A DNA stretch of 63,841 nucleotides, filler included, from Basidiobolus ranarum (Eukaryota): assembly GCA_040143965.1 (NCBI GenBank). It is 25 parts of 25 records of this genome, joined end to end, with 100 filler letters (N's around TTAATTAATTAA, not from the genome) between each part and the next. Parts side by side here need not be neighbours in the genome. Positions count along the whole stretch, not along the records: positions 25,643 to 28,102 come from JASJQH010003317.1; positions 28,203 to 30,661 come from JASJQH010003318.1; positions 30,762 to 33,218 come from JASJQH010003319.1; positions 33,319 to 35,775 come from JASJQH010003320.1; positions 35,876 to 38,331 come from JASJQH010003321.1; positions 38,432 to 40,887 come from JASJQH010003322.1; 19 more parts are not named here. One strand, 5' to 3'. Below the pieces are notes generated by a model, which was not told where the DNA came from, did no database searches, and worked only from the letters and a program-made list of their open reading frames with translations. Positions 25,643 through 39,534 of the stretch are shown piece by piece. Made by a program: the position numbers and the translations under genes. Positions within the stretch are counted from its first letter, which is position 1. Every line of letters starts with the position of its first letter.

Positions 25643-28102
25643 AAACAAACTAACATGTAGAATGTGTTAAGGAAGGTCTCAGGAACATGTGTGCAAAGTT
25701 TGGGGCTTCTTTGAAAAATCTATATATCTGAGAACTTCTAAGTTGGTAAAAATGCTGTAAGTAAATTCTAATTGAGAATATTGGATAATATCTTAGTGAA
25801 ATATAAGATAACTGAGCACTAAACTATATATGACTATATAGGTGTTTAGGCCATGCTAGTTTCAACACTCTTCTCAACTAAATAGTCATATAAACTAATC
25901 CTAATAAAGGTCTAAATTTCTCAAATTTCTATCTAGCTAATGGCTTAATTGATATATCTGCAATCATGCCTTCTGTAGCATAATAATTGAGCCAATAAAT
26001 TGATTCCCTATAGTCTCTCTAATGAAGTGATGATTAATATCTATATATCTGCTTCTATTACAAAACATGGGATTTTTAGCCAATTTGATACAACTTTGAT
26101 TATCTTGAAATATTGTAATTGGTGAATTTTGAGAATAAGCTAAATCTGTTAAGAGTTTTCTTAACCATATTGCTTCTTTTGCTGCTTCAAAAGCAGCCAT
26201 GTATTCTGCTTCTGATGTTGAAAGTGCTATGGTTGGTTGTTTCTTTGAATTCCAAGAAATAGCTCCATTGCAGCAAAGAAATAAGTATCCTGTGGTAGAT
26301 CTCCTGTCTTCAATATAGCTTCCCCAATTTGCATCTGAATATCCTATCAGATCAAAGTTTGATCCAGAGTATGTGTATTTTAAGCACCGATCCACAGTAC
26401 CTTTGTAACATCTGAAAATCTACTTAACTGCTATGATTTGATTGGATCCATCACTTTGAAGATATTGGCACATAACTCCCACAGAATATGCAATATCTGG
26501 CCATGTTCTAACCATGATATACATAAGCTACCAACCATTGATTGCTAAGGAAATTTTGGCTTTTGTTTGAATCAAAAAACATCAGATTTGAGCCATTTTT
26601 ATTCAAGTCAAGATTTGTCTACATTGGGGCAGATACTGAATTACATTCTTCCATTTTAAGCTTCTTTAGTATATCTAAGATATACATAGTCTGGTTTAAA
26701 GTTATTGCTTTGGTACTTCTCTCTAACTTAATTTGATTCCAAGATAGTATGTTAGTTCACCAAGATCAGTCACTTTAAATTCAGCAGATTAGCTGGATTT
26801 GGTTTTCTCCAAAGTCTTCAAGTTCTTAGTTACTATAATAAGGTCATCTACATATAAGGCTAATAGAACTGGGTTTGTCTTATCTGGCCTGAAGTAGATA
26901 CTATAGTCTGCATCACTCATTTGGAATTTGAGTGTTTCCAAAAAAGTGTTTATCTTGCTATTCCAAGCTCTTGGAGATTGTTTTAAGCCACAGAGTGTTT
27001 TCTGGACTCTGCAAGCTTTTTTAGGTTTTGGTAGGTCCACAAATCCATCTGGCTGGTCCATATAGATCTCTACAGCAAGCTCACCATTCAAAAAAGCATT
27101 TTTAACATCCATTTGATGTATAACAAATTGATATTTAACTGAAATTCCTAAAATCAATCTGACTGAATAAGACTATGCTACAGGAGCAAGAGTTTCTGTA
27201 TAATCTATTCCTGGTGTTCAGGAATAGACTTTGGCTACTAGTCTAGCCATGTACCTTTCTATATTGCCACCAGAGTTGTACCTATTTTTAAACCCCTGTT
27301 GGCAGCCAATTGATTGTCTATCATCCGGTAAGTTGGTTAAAGTCCAAGTTTGATTATCAATCAAAGCCTCATACTCATCAGCCAAGGTAGATCTCCAAAA
27401 TCTCTTGTGAGGGTCTTCAAGGCCTCTTTAACAGTCAGGGGTTCATGCATTTGAGCTGTGCAGGTATTGGCCTAATTTTGGGACTCAATGATATGGTAAT
27501 CAGGCCTATTTCTAATCCAATTTGATTTCCTGGTTTGTGATAAAGGTACAACAACTTCTGGCATTGTATTGGGCACTTCAGTAGGAAAAATATGGGTTGA
27601 AGGGTACTTAGGAGTGCTATTTTCTTCAATGTTTTACTTTGAATCAATTTGAAAAATTAGATTAGAAGAAAATTGCTAATTGTTATCACCTGAGGTGATT
27701 TAGGGTGAAAATATTTCATTTTTATGAAACAAAACATCCCTGGACTTGATTAACTTGTTGATTTTGGTATCATAGAGTCAGTAGGCCTTAGTTTGAGTAA
27801 AATAACCCAGACATACTCATTTCTGACTTTTTGGATCAAATTTAGACCAATTTTTGGTCATAATTTTGATATAAGCAATGCATTCAAAGATCCGCAAATG
27901 TTTTACATCAGGTTTTGCTCAAAATCAAGCTTGAAATGGTGTAGAGTTAGACAGACTTATAGTGATACTCCTTTTCTTCAAATATACAGTGGTAGCAACA
28001 GATTCTGCCCAAAAGTTATGAGATAAATTTTGTGCATTTATCATGGATCTTGCCATTTCTATTATAGTCCTGTTAGCTCTTTCAGCAACTCCATTTTGTT
28101 GA
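25643..28102 (-). mobile_element. Decayed Ty1/copia element: integrase end, RT, RNase H, PPT, 3' LTR (25643-25867, family A)
   Basis: [56 protein letters not shown] precedes TGTTGAAAC on the minus strand. Confidence 0.95.
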
Positions 28103-28202
28103 NNNNNNNNNNNNNNNNNNNNNNNNNNNNNNNNNNNNNNNNNNNNTTAATTAATTAANNNNNNNNNNNNNNNNNNNNNNNNNNNNNNNNNNNNNNNNNN
28201 NN

Positions 28203-28719
28203 CGCAAAAAAAGCCTGCGCCAGGCAGCACTCCCCCATCGACCCGCTCCACAATAAGGGACTTTGCCTCGCCGACGAGCCCTCGGTTGACACAGTGCGAG
28301 ACTAAGGGAGAGTAATCCCGCGCGTTCTTGAACATACTTTTGGCATCCAATTGGTCTATACAAAAAACGACTTGTGCGCAACGCTGTTGAATTTCCCCGG
28401 ATCTCCCCTTGAATCCATTCAATAGCTGGAGCAAGCGAGACAGCTGATTTGCGGTCAATTTGCTTTCGAGTTTGTTATCCATCAGGTATTTGAAAGCGGA
28501 CCAAGCTGCGTCGGCATTTCTCTGCACGAGAGCCTTTTGAAAATTAGCAACCACAGAGCCATTGATGCTAAGACTGGAATTCTCGACTGTACTATGGGGG
28601 ATCTCGGTACGGTTTAGTATCAGTGGGGATTGAGTGGCGATATTCTTTTGATCCGAACGTTTCTTTAACAGAAGCGAAGGAATAGACCTCTCAGGAAATA
28701 GTGTGAAACGTTTGAACAT
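28203..28719 (-). CDS. Probable mitochondrial pentatricopeptide-repeat (PPR) protein, N-terminal part
   Basis: Basic presequence-like start and helical repeats. DYSPLVSHCVNRGLVGEAKSLIVERVDGGVLP fits the PPR consensus. CpG retained; open to the contig end. Confidence 0.65.
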
Positions 28720-30213
28720 TATTAAAAGTAGCAGTTCGTACCCTCAACAGTTTTATTTAAAAAATTCTTTCGAAGGAACAAGTCACCATACAGCTTCACT
28801 TAATCAGGGAATACTGAAATTAATAGTCTTTTTACATGGAATTCATCCCCATTGAATATCATTTACCCCGAGGAAGAGTGTCCAAATTGGTGTTCTGTCG
28901 TGAGATAGATATTAATTTAGTATCAATTTGGTAGTTTAAAAATTGAAATTTTTATGGAAGTTCGGTTTCTGTAAATCAACGATTTACGTGTCAGAGGTTA
29001 AATTTGGGGCCATTGGTATTTACAAATCGAGCGGTTTTCCATAGAAAACGGTAGATTTCTCTCGAATCAGTGGGAGTTACATTGTTTGTGCAACTAATGG
29101 AGCAAATGGTTCTTGGTATTTCAATATCTGAAATTGCGGATAAAAACATGGTATTTCTGGCATTTGATTCAATCTACTCTCACGAATCTCTCCGTCAATA
29201 CTTAACTAGTTCAGGATACATACAGGTATATGGAGGTGATACGGGAATTGTCGTGGAAATTCAACACCTTAACGCAGTAGCATCCGATTGATGAGAGCTG
29301 CGCCTTCTCCGCAGATCCTAGCTGGTGGCTTGGAAAAACAAATTGATAGCTAAATTGCCATTTTTCCTCTCAAAGCGACCTCTATCGGGGTGAAAAGAAT
29401 TCTACTTCGAAGTCATTGAGGGTAGATTCTGCGCAACAACTGGATCGATCAAAATTGCCTCACAAACGATGTGGTTATATTGCACAGCTCGGATGTCACC
29501 CAATGGTTGACGAGGAGATCTATACGAAATCAAATATAGTCAATAAACATCCAGGTGAACATGTGCTCTGTAGAATGAACAAAGATATCGTTCTCTGTGT
29601 TTAGGGGGTGTCAGTAATATACGAGTCCTCGTTATCTTCACACATATCTGTGTAGCGCGGGGTATAGAGTATGTAATAGGCCGGAATTCCGAAGAGTAGT
29701 TTGAATGTGAGAAAAGTTGATTTCAATTACTCGGTCTCTTTTTCGTGACCAGTGCTCTAATTTCATTGTTCGGAATATCTTTGTGGCACGATGCTTTTCA
29801 AAATGGCGTAGCTGGGGACATTTTGTGGCAACATAGCAGCTCTTCTCGAGTAAGCATCGTTCTTCAGATGTATTCGTACATCACCTGTTGTTCCATCAAA
29901 ATTCGTGCTAAGTCCCATGTAAACATTGGAATTTTTCATTACCTATGAAACTTCATTTGTGTTTCTTTGAATTACATGATGTTTATTACATTGAAATAAA
30001 TAAAGATTCAATAATGAGCCGAGTGCGTAAAGGCTGGTAGAGAAACAATAATACTCATAGATATTGTAATGAAAGGTTATCAAAAAGATTGCGAGTTGAA
30101 AGATAAAAAGTTAATAAACTTACAAAAACGTGTTCAAAAATCTATTGATCACAAACATATTACATCGATGTGTATAATATGTATTTGGACAATGGTGAGA
30201 TACAACGAAAATA

Positions 30214-30661
30214 TCAGCGATGACGCTTACCGCGGTGGTTACTAGCATTAGCGTTGGGAGGATCTCTAGCTTCTTTGGTCTCTTCATTAACCGACGTGTT
30301 GTTGTTTCGTTGTTGTCGTCGATCATTATCTCGTCGACGATTGTCCCGCCTTGGCTGATTCTGATCATCTTTGTTGACATTTGAAGTGGTGTTTTCTGAA
30401 TTTGCAATGTCTACACTAGCCGCACGCGAAGTTCTTCCACGTCTATTCCCTAGATCTGAATTTGCATTCCCATCATCGTTACGACGACGGTTGTTATTGC
30501 GAGCATTGTCTCGATTATCCCTAGGGGGTTTTTCATTATGACGATTGGTATCATCACGCTTATCTCTATCAAGGCGATCTTGTCGGCCCCTAGCATTATC
30601 ACGTGGGTTCTCATCTCCTCGTCTTCTTTTATTCACTCGATCGCTATTGTTTTGAACATCT
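30214..30661 (-). CDS. C-terminus of an Arg/Asp/Asn-rich low-complexity protein, 5' truncated
   Basis: Frame is open from the contig edge to TGA at 30214; CpG-rich; no recognisable domain. Confidence 0.6.
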
Positions 30662-30761
30662 NNNNNNNNNNNNNNNNNNNNNNNNNNNNNNNNNNNNNNN
30701 NNNNNTTAATTAATTAANNNNNNNNNNNNNNNNNNNNNNNNNNNNNNNNNNNNNNNNNNNN

Positions 30762-33218
30762 CCCAAAGGTAAAGGCAAGTAAAAAGCCACACAAACACCA
30801 CAAAGCACCCTCAGTAGTGTCACACTACAAGGACAGACAAAAATAGTCAAAGTGCTTGAGAAGTATTTTCAAAAGTATGAAGGGAAAAACGCAGTTCACT
30901 GATGCAGAAAGTGGCTTCAGAAGAAGAACATTCAACTTGACATTCAGTCTGGTGTTGACTGTGCAGATATCTGGGAAGAACTTGATACAGAGTGGCACAA
31001 TATTGCAGGGTATCTGCCAGATAGCTGGAAGAATGTTGATTTAGCAACGTTGATACAATGGTGGGCTTTGATGGAGATATTGACACAAACTTTTGTTGGG
31101 TATGAGCTAAACCTTGGGTATGAAGAACTCTACAAAAATCATCAGGAGAATATATAAAAGAGACTAGGGATTTTGAAGGTGACAATTTAGCATTCAAGTG
31201 GTAATTGTGTAAAATTTAAGTTACATTTTTTGCACATGTGTTGATCCATAGTTCTCTGAGATTTTAGCAAATCATGCGCAACTATTTTGCAAGATTTTGA
31301 AATTTCACTCCTGGAACTGAAAAAATTGATTAAAATCAAATCTAACTTGATGATTTTATGTCAGTAAGTAAACAGTCAATCCCAAATGGATTAAAATTGG
31401 GATGGTTTTCCTACAATAACAATCCTGTAATTTCTGTTAGGGTTTTGCCAGTATATCTGACTGTGGAAATGCAGATGTCAGTAATGGTGTGAAGAATTTG
31501 GTAAGTGGGACAGTAGGGCATAAACTCTCTGGCTTTTTTGCTTTTCCCTTGGGCTTTCTAACTTCCTGCTCCATGAGTACTTCTTTGGCTGCTTTTCTTT
31601 CTTTTACAAGTGGATGATTGCATACATTTTTGAGATGTTTCATGAATAGGCCTATACTAGCCCAATTGCCATTTGCTTCAAATAACCCAGGATAAGCCAC
31701 ATGAAATAAGTCAAGAACCTTCAGAGTAATGCCTGGTTTTTGGTTTGCCAGTTTTCCTATCAGATTTCTACTCTCACATGTCAAAGCAATTTTGGGTTGT
31801 TGTGTATGTTTAATAGTCCAACACAATCTGCTCTGCTAGATTGTCATGGTGATGTTCATATGTATGATGTGGGATTGATTGAAATCCCATATAAAAATGG
31901 ACAGAGGGAGCAGCAAGTTACTGTAGCTCAAGTACAGCATTCTGAAGGTCTTGTATTGTTGTTGAGTGACTCTCTAACTGTTGACTAGTTGCTACCAAAG
32001 GCTGCATTAATGGCAATATTGCAGCATTATTGCTTGTCAAGGCCTGTATATGAGCATTGTAGCTTTTACTTATGATCTCATACAAATCATCATGGTGCTC
32101 TCCCTGTAATTTCCTTGTTGTAATAATTCTATCCAAATTATCTATGGAGGGTTGAAGGTCTTGATGGTATTTTGGTTGAACTTTGCTCAACTATTGATTT
32201 ATTATATGATTGGGGGATTACAATCTCTTCACTTGCACTATTGCTGGAAAAGAAAACATTTGGTAAATTGATTAGTGCTTCATCATTACTTCAGTCAGTT
32301 CCCAGCATGTTAATGCCATTCAAAGTGGATAGTGGATTACTAGACTGCTCATCAATTTCGTCCTCTGTTCTTGCTGGTTTTCTTCCTGTTATGCCAGCAG
32401 GCTTTTGCTTGGAAGCCAATTTTGATTTTGATTGTGAATACCTTTTGAATGGCACAGAAATTTTGAGATGGTAAACTTGGTGTAGTGAAATTAATTAGAA
32501 ACAGCTTATAATGAACTAAAATTGCCATCCATTGCTGGATATATCTTGTAAATCCCCTGAAGACTCATCAGTGACGCCATCTCAGAATCAGCTGATAATA
32601 TTGATGTGCTATACCCAAAATACTACCCTTACATGGGAGAAGTGTTCTCTTTTCTATAATATATCTCTCATGCTGCAACACAGATGTTTAAAGAAGCCTT
32701 GCAATTATTGTCACAAATTCTTGTGCTATGAAAGCTTGAGGCTTCACAAAAAAAATATTCACAAGCACATTCACTGCACAAAGCCACCAGCTGTGCAAAG
32801 CCATGTTAATATCAACAGTATAAATGCATAATTTTGACTTTAGTTTTGCCCATTGAGTCCACTGGCTGTGCTTTGCCTCAAAGTTTTGGTAACACTGCCA
32901 ACCTTGGTTATTCCAGTACTGATGGTAGCATATCAGAAGTTGAAGAATAAGATGTTGGCATTGTATGGACTCTCTGTTATTGGCAAGCATTGGTTCACTC
33001 ATAACACTTAATTTAAAGGAAGCAGCTTTGATTATTGAGGAGTGGAGAGTTCAAACTATTCATTGCTCCTAACAAAAATAAAATCAATTTGATCCAGATT
33101 GGATCCAACCTCTGAAATAGCAAAACTGGCAGAGAACCATCACAATATTGGTGGCTTGCATTCTGCCAGGGATTTTGATGGTGTGATGGCAGTTTCTTGA
33201 TGGTATTTTGATGTTATT
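30762..33218. mobile_element. Self-nested CACTA-like copies: end at 31442, ORF2 (minus, 31443-~32470), transposase 5' end (plus, ~32670-33060), new terminus at 33067
   Basis: TTTCTGTTAGGG interrupts ORF2 (uninterrupted at 33470-33500); CCTAACAAAAATAAAATC interrupts the transposase (uninterrupted near 60590). Confidence 0.82.
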
Positions 33219-33318
33219 NNNNNNNNNNNNNNNNNNNNNNNNNNNNNNNNNNNNNNNNNNNNTTAATTAATTAANNNNNNNNNNNNNNNNNNNNNNNNNN
33301 NNNNNNNNNNNNNNNNNN

Positions 33319-34285
33319 GAAAAGAAAGAAAAGCAGCAAAAGAAGTACACAAGGAGTAGAAAGTTAGTAAACCCCAGGGAAAAGCAAAGGAGCCAGTGAG
33401 TTTAAGCTCTACTGTCCCACTTGCCAAATTCTTTACACCATTACAAAGATCTGCATTTCCAGAGTCAGATATACTGGCAAAAAACTTAATTTCACCATGG
33501 AACCTGGTACACCAGCTGGAAGAGTGCTAAATTTAGAAGTTTATTTAACACCTGGCACCTCTCAACAAGCCAAAACAACAGCAAACAAAACTCATGGCTC
33601 TCCATCCTCAACTGGTACTTTTCAAAGTGTTGAAATTAGCCCCAAAGTTAAAGGCAACCAGAAAGGCACACAAACACCACCAAGTACCCTTGGTAGTGTA
33701 ACACTGTGAGGATGTATGAAAATAGTAAAGTGCTTGAGGAGCATTTTCAAAATTCTGAAGGGAAAAATGCAATGTAAGTATGCAGAGAGTGGCTTCAGAA
33801 GAAGAATATTCAACTTGTTATTCAGTCTGGTGTTGGCCATGCAGATATCTGGGAAGAACTTAATACAGAGTGGCACAATATTGCAGGGTAACTGTCAGAT
33901 AGCAAGAAGATTGTTGATTCAGCAATGTTAATACAATGGCGGGCTTTGATGGAGATATTGATACAAACATGTGTTGGATATGAGCTAAACCTTGGGTATG
34001 ATGAACTCTATAAAAATATTCAGGAGAATATATCAAAGAAACTTGGAATTTCAATGATGACAAATTAGCATTCAAGTGATATATGTGTAAAATTTTAGTT
34101 ATGTATTTAATACATGTGTTGATCCAAAGTTCTCTGAGACTGTAGCCAATCATGTGCAACTATTTTGCAAGATCTTGAAATTTCACCCCTGAAACTGAAA
34201 AAATTGACTAATATCAAATCTAGCTTGATGATTTATGATGGTAAGCAAACAGACCATCCCAAATGGATTAAAATTGTGATTGTTT
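33319..34285 (+). mobile_element. CACTA-like ORF2 3' end and subterminal region
   Basis: Reverse complement of 31443-31605, then collinear with 30762-31410. Confidence 0.8.
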
Positions 34286-34429
34286 TAAATATACAACAAC
34301 TTCTGGCATAGTATTAGGCACTTCAGTAGGCAAAATCTGGCTGAAGTATCCACCGGAATGCTATTTTCTTCATTGTTTTGGTTTGAATCAATATGAATGA
34401 TTGGATCAGAAATAGCCCTGTTTACTATA

Positions 34430-35775
34430 TCAATGAGTCTCAAAATTGGGCCTATGCCTGAACAACTCAAATACATGAACCCCAGACTATAAAAGAGGCC
34501 CTGAATGGCCCTCACCCAAAATTTTGGTGATCTGCAATGGCTGATGAGTACCAGGCTTTGATTGATAATCAAAGTTGGATTTTAACCAACTTACCTGATG
34601 ATAGAAATCTATTGGCTGCCAATGGATGTTTAAAGATAAATACAACTGTGATAGCAATATATAAAGGTACAAGGCTAAACTAGTATCCAACTGTTATTCC
34701 CAAATACCAGGAATAGATTATACAGAAGCTTTTGCTCCTGTAGTAAAGTTTTACTCAATTATAATGATTTTAGTAATTTCAGCTGAGCATCAGTTTGTTA
34801 TACATCAAATGGATGTTAAAGCTACTTTTTTGAATGGTGAGCTTGCTGAGGAGATCTATATGGATCAGCCAGATGGATTTATAGACCCAGAAAACCCTAA
34901 AAAAGTTTGCAGACTCCAGAAAACACTCTATAGCTTAAAACAATCTCCAAGAGCTTGGAATAGCAAGGTAGATGCTTTTTTTGGAAACACCCAAATTCCA
35001 AAAGAGTAATGGTGACTGTAGTATCTACTTCAGGCCAGATAAGACAAACCCAGCTTTATTAGTATTTCCTATAGATGACCTTATTATAGCAACTAATGAC
35101 TTGGAGACTTAGGAGAAAACCAAATCCAGCTTATCTGCCAAATTTAAAATGACAGAGCTTGGTGAACTGACATACTTGGAATCCAAATTAAGATAGATAG
35201 AGCTACCAAAAAAATAGCTTTAAACCAGTCTAAGTAAATCCTAGATATACCAAAGAAGTTTAAAGTGGAAGAATGTAATCCAGTATCTGTGCCAATGGAG
35301 ACAAATCTTAACTTGACCAAAAATGGCTCAAATCAGATGTTTTTGGAATCAAATGAAAGCCAGAAATTTTCTTATCAATCTATAGTTGATAGTTTGATGT
35401 ATATCATGGCTGGAACATGGCCAGATATTGCATATTCTGTAGGGGTTATGGGCTAATGTGTTCAAAGTTACGGATCTGATGAAATCATAGCAGTAAAGCA
35501 GATTTTCAGATATTTGAAAGGTACTGTGGATCTGTGCTTAAAATACACATCTTTTGGATCAAATATTCAGCTGATGGGATATTCTGATGCAAATTGGGGA
35601 AGAGATATAGAAAACAGGAGATCTACAACAGGATACTTATTTCTTTGCTGTAATGGAGCTATTTCTTGGAATTCAAAGAAACAACCTACCATAGCACTTT
35701 CAACAGCAGAGGCTGAGTATATGGCTGCCTGTGAAACAACAAAAGAAGCAATATGATTAAGAAAACTCTTAACAG
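34430..35775 (+). mobile_element. Decayed Ty1/copia RT and RNase H (same family as 25868-27500)
   Basis: [47 protein letters not shown]. Confidence 0.95.
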
Positions 35776-35959
35776 NNNNNNNNNNNNNNNNNNNNNNNNN
35801 NNNNNNNNNNNNNNNNNNNTTAATTAATTAANNNNNNNNNNNNNNNNNNNNNNNNNNNNNNNNNNNNNNNNNNNNCTATCTCCCTTTGAATATAGTGAGC
35901 ATAGGATTAGGTTGAATATCTCGTTTCTCATTTTATTCCGGCGCTAGTTGGGATGTTAT

Positions 35960-37545
35960 CGTGATTATAGTTCAAGTCCTATAAAAGTTGAAAACCTCTG
36001 GTTTCTATGCTAAACTTGACAAATGTGAATTTGACCAAGCTCAAGTTGAAATCCTTTGATATACAATCAGCTAATCAGTCATCTCCATGGACCCTAAGAA
36101 GGTGGAATCTGTTCTGTCTTGGTATACTCCTAAGAATGTGAAGGATGTCCTACCTTTCCTTGGATTTGCAAGCTTTTACTAATGGTTTAACAAGATCTAC
36201 TTTGAAACATCTGCTCCCATTGGACAGGAACCCATCTTGCCAACAAGCATTTGTAACTTCAAGAAATGCTTTTATCTCAGCACCAATCCTGGTATATCCC
36301 AAGCTAGCCAAGCCTTTTATTGTTAAAATGATGCATCTGCCTTTGCTCTAGGAGCAGTACTATCATAGTATGATGATGAAAACTTACTGCACCCTTTTGT
36401 CTTTTATTCAAGAAAGTTCTCTGCAGCAGCAATCAACTATGACATATATGACAGGGAACTTTTAGCAATTATTGCTGCATTTGTACAATGACAACAATAC
36501 TTGGATGAAGCAAATCACACAATCACAGTCTATTGTGATGAAGAGAATATTCAGTATTTTAGTACAACTAAAGTTCTCAACCACCATCAAGCAAGATAGT
36601 CATTATTTCTTGCCAGCTTTGATTTTCTGAGTACATATCAACCAGGTAGCCAGCTAGGAAAGCCTATAGCCTTATCATGTAGAGCAGAATATTAGCCCAA
36701 AGAAGGGGATGAGGCCTTTAGCAAACAAACTACTTCTCTACTGAAGCCCCTCCTACTTCAAGTTAGTGAAACTGCTCTCTCTCTACCTGGTTCAAGCATA
36801 TTCCATGAAGACATCCACAAATGTCAATCTGAAGACTCATTGGTCATATCAATCAAGAAAGCTCAGGATACACTGAATGGCCTCTCAGACTTGAACATGT
36901 ACTGCCATTTCTCTATCATAAACAATCTCTTGCTTGTTAAGAAGTATCCTTTACATTCCAGACCACACTTCCAGACTAAAAATCATGGAAGAAAGACATG
37001 ACTCACCACTTGGAGGACACTTTGGTATTGCAAAATTGTATGTGTTGGCATCCAGGGACTAATGGTGGCCCAAAATGTTGGCATTGGTCAAGAATTATAT
37101 TTCCACATGTGATACTTGTGCTTGAGTGAAGGCTCAAAGACATCAGCCCTAAGGCTTCCTACAGCCACTTCTGATACCAGATCAGCAGTAGAAATACATA
37201 TCCCTGGATTTCATAACTGATATGCCCTTGTCTGCCAAATATGATTCAATTCTGATAATCATTGACTATCTAACAAAGATGGCCCACTTTGTGCCCTGCA
37301 ACAAGTCAATTAATGCAAAACAAATAGCAGAATTGGTAACTCAAAATATCTTCCACCTGCATGAACTCCCTGAAACTATCATCTCTGACAGAGCACCTCA
37401 GTTTGCCTCCAAATTTGGGAAAAGTCTTCTCCAAACCTTGGGTATCTCTACCAACCTATCCACTGCCTCCCATCCCCAATTTGATGGCCAAACAGAAAGA
37501 GTCAATCAAGCTTTAGAGCAATATTTTGAATGCACTATCAACTAT
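35960..37545 (+). mobile_element. Decayed Ty3/gypsy pol (RT end, RNase H, integrase)
   Basis: KLDKCEF, MDPKKVESV, DASAFALGAVL, NYDIYDRELLAI, HDSPLGGHFG, ISDRAPQF, HPQFDGQTERVNQ. Confidence 0.93.
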
Positions 37546-38302
37546 AGACTTGTTCCATTTTCTTGAGCCAGATCAGGCCAGATAAAAAGTGTGCCAGCAC
37601 AAATTGGCACAACTGGGCACTATCCAGTACATAGTTATTTACCATTTTTTAAAAAGTTTACTTTACTTATGTGGTATTTTTAGGAAAAGTACTTTTTGAC
37701 ATTACTGCACATTCAAAAGATGATGAAAGCTTTATTAATAGTGTATTAAGTCTGGAGCTCTCAATGTATTTCTTTGAGTATGAATGTATTAAGAATTAAT
37801 GAAGATTTTGACCATGTTGCCTAACTTTGATTGAGGCCTACAAAATGATTTTCCTCTATACTTTCCTGCTACAACATTATATCTCTTTAGGAAACCAAAG
37901 CTATGTTCAACCCTTGCTCTGAAGTGGGAAAAATTATCATTATAAAGCTTTTGCCTCTCTGTGAGTATCCTGCATCTGAGCCTCTTGTTAGCTGTGCCAT
38001 ATCTTAGCCTTCTGCATTTGTCCCCAACTTATGCAAATCAGCCATAGTCTTCTCATATCTTACCAATGGTGCATGCTTCTTATCCCAAATCCTTTTTTAT
38101 GGTGTTTTCCTGGATGTTGCCCACAAAACTGAATGATATTTCTTTCCAAATCTCTCATAGCCTGGAACTTTACACAATGAGCTTGGTACTTGCTGAAATA
38201 GTATAGCTTTTGGTTGCTTTTGGCACTGTTAATTCTGACTAGAAATGTATTGTGAATACTTCTAATATGAACTCTATTGGGAAATACTCCAGGAAATGGA
38301 AG
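37546..38302 (-). mobile_element. PIF/Harbinger (DDE_Tnp_4-like) transposase 3' half and terminal repeat
   Basis: YYFSKYQAHCVKFQAMRD..GQHPGKH and QKLYNDNFSHFRARVEHSFGFLKRY. Terminus (A/G)GACTTGTTCCATT at 37546 interrupts gypsy integrase. Confidence 0.8.
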
Positions 38303-38331
38303 CCCTAACAAAAATAAAATCGATTTGATCC
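38303..38331. repeat. CACTA-like terminal repeat inserted in the Harbinger transposase
   Basis: CCCTAACAAAAATAAAATCGATTTGATCC; the empty site is visible at 43543-43580. Confidence 0.85.
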
Positions 38332-38431
38332 NNNNNNNNNNNNNNNNNNNNNNNNNNNNNNNNNNNNNNNNNNNNTTAATTAATTAANNNNNNNNNNNNN
38401 NNNNNNNNNNNNNNNNNNNNNNNNNNNNNNN

Positions 38432-39008
38432 GCCCAAGCCCTTGTTGACTTGGAAAATAACGTTCCCGAATTGAAGAAGGATCTTCGTCCTATTCAAATT
38501 TCTGCTGCCAAGGAGGTACGACATATTGTTTGCTAGCTAAATCATTGGGTCAAATTTTAAATATTATTCATCATAGGTCGATATTGGCGCTGGTAAGAAG
38601 GCCGTCGTTGTTTTTATCCCCGTTCCTTTGTATAAGGCTTTCACTAAGGTTCAGCAAAGACTTACTCGTGAATTGGAGAAGAAGTTCTCTGACCGTCACG
38701 TCTTGTTCATCGCCCAACGTCGTATCATGCGCAAGCCTACTCGTCGCTCCCGCGCCAAACAAGCTCGCCCCAGATCTCGTACTTTGACTGCTGTCCACGA
38801 AAAGATCCTTGACGATATTGTTTACCCTACTGAAATTATTGGTAAGCGTACTCGTGTTAAGGTTGACGGTAGCAAAGTCACCAAGGTTTTCCTTGATAAC
38901 AAGGATTCCAGCTCCCTCGAATACAAGCTAGACACCTTCTCGGCTGTTTACAAGAAGTTGACTGGTAAGGATGTCGTTTTCGAGTTTCCTGCTCACCAAA
39001 TCGAATAA
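38432..39008 (+). CDS. RPS7: 40S ribosomal protein eS7, 5' truncated, intron 38516-38576
   Basis: [69 protein letters not shown]. Confidence 0.98.
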
Positions 39009-39534
39009 ATCTTCGAGCACATAAATTCTCTTTACATGACTCTGGGAAATTTCACTTGTTTGGATAGTATTCATTCTGATGGATAGATAGTTCCAAATAA
39101 ACATCAACTCGACTTTTACTAAGTATTAGGCTCATTTGTCAATGTCCTGTTAAACGTGTATTGCTAGGAAAATTCCTTGCTCAACCTTTATATTCGTGCT
39201 TTACTACGTAATGGACAATCTTTTATACTTGAAATTTTTGTATTTTATTTCTAGGTAGCTTATAAATAAATCTTTGGACACTAAATTTTGAGTAAGTAAT
39301 AAAGGTATGGTAACATAATATTCATGATAGATAAAATCTCTTATCATCGTGAGTATATTTTTGATTTCATACCAGGAAATGAATCGATAACTTGATATAT
39401 TTGTATCAAGAGGAAAATATTCTAGCTGTTAATAGGAGAACTAGTATCAATATTTTACAACTCGATTAGCATAGGAATAATACATAAATATAGTACAACA
39501 GTAACAATGATATTGTGCAATATTAATAATTATT

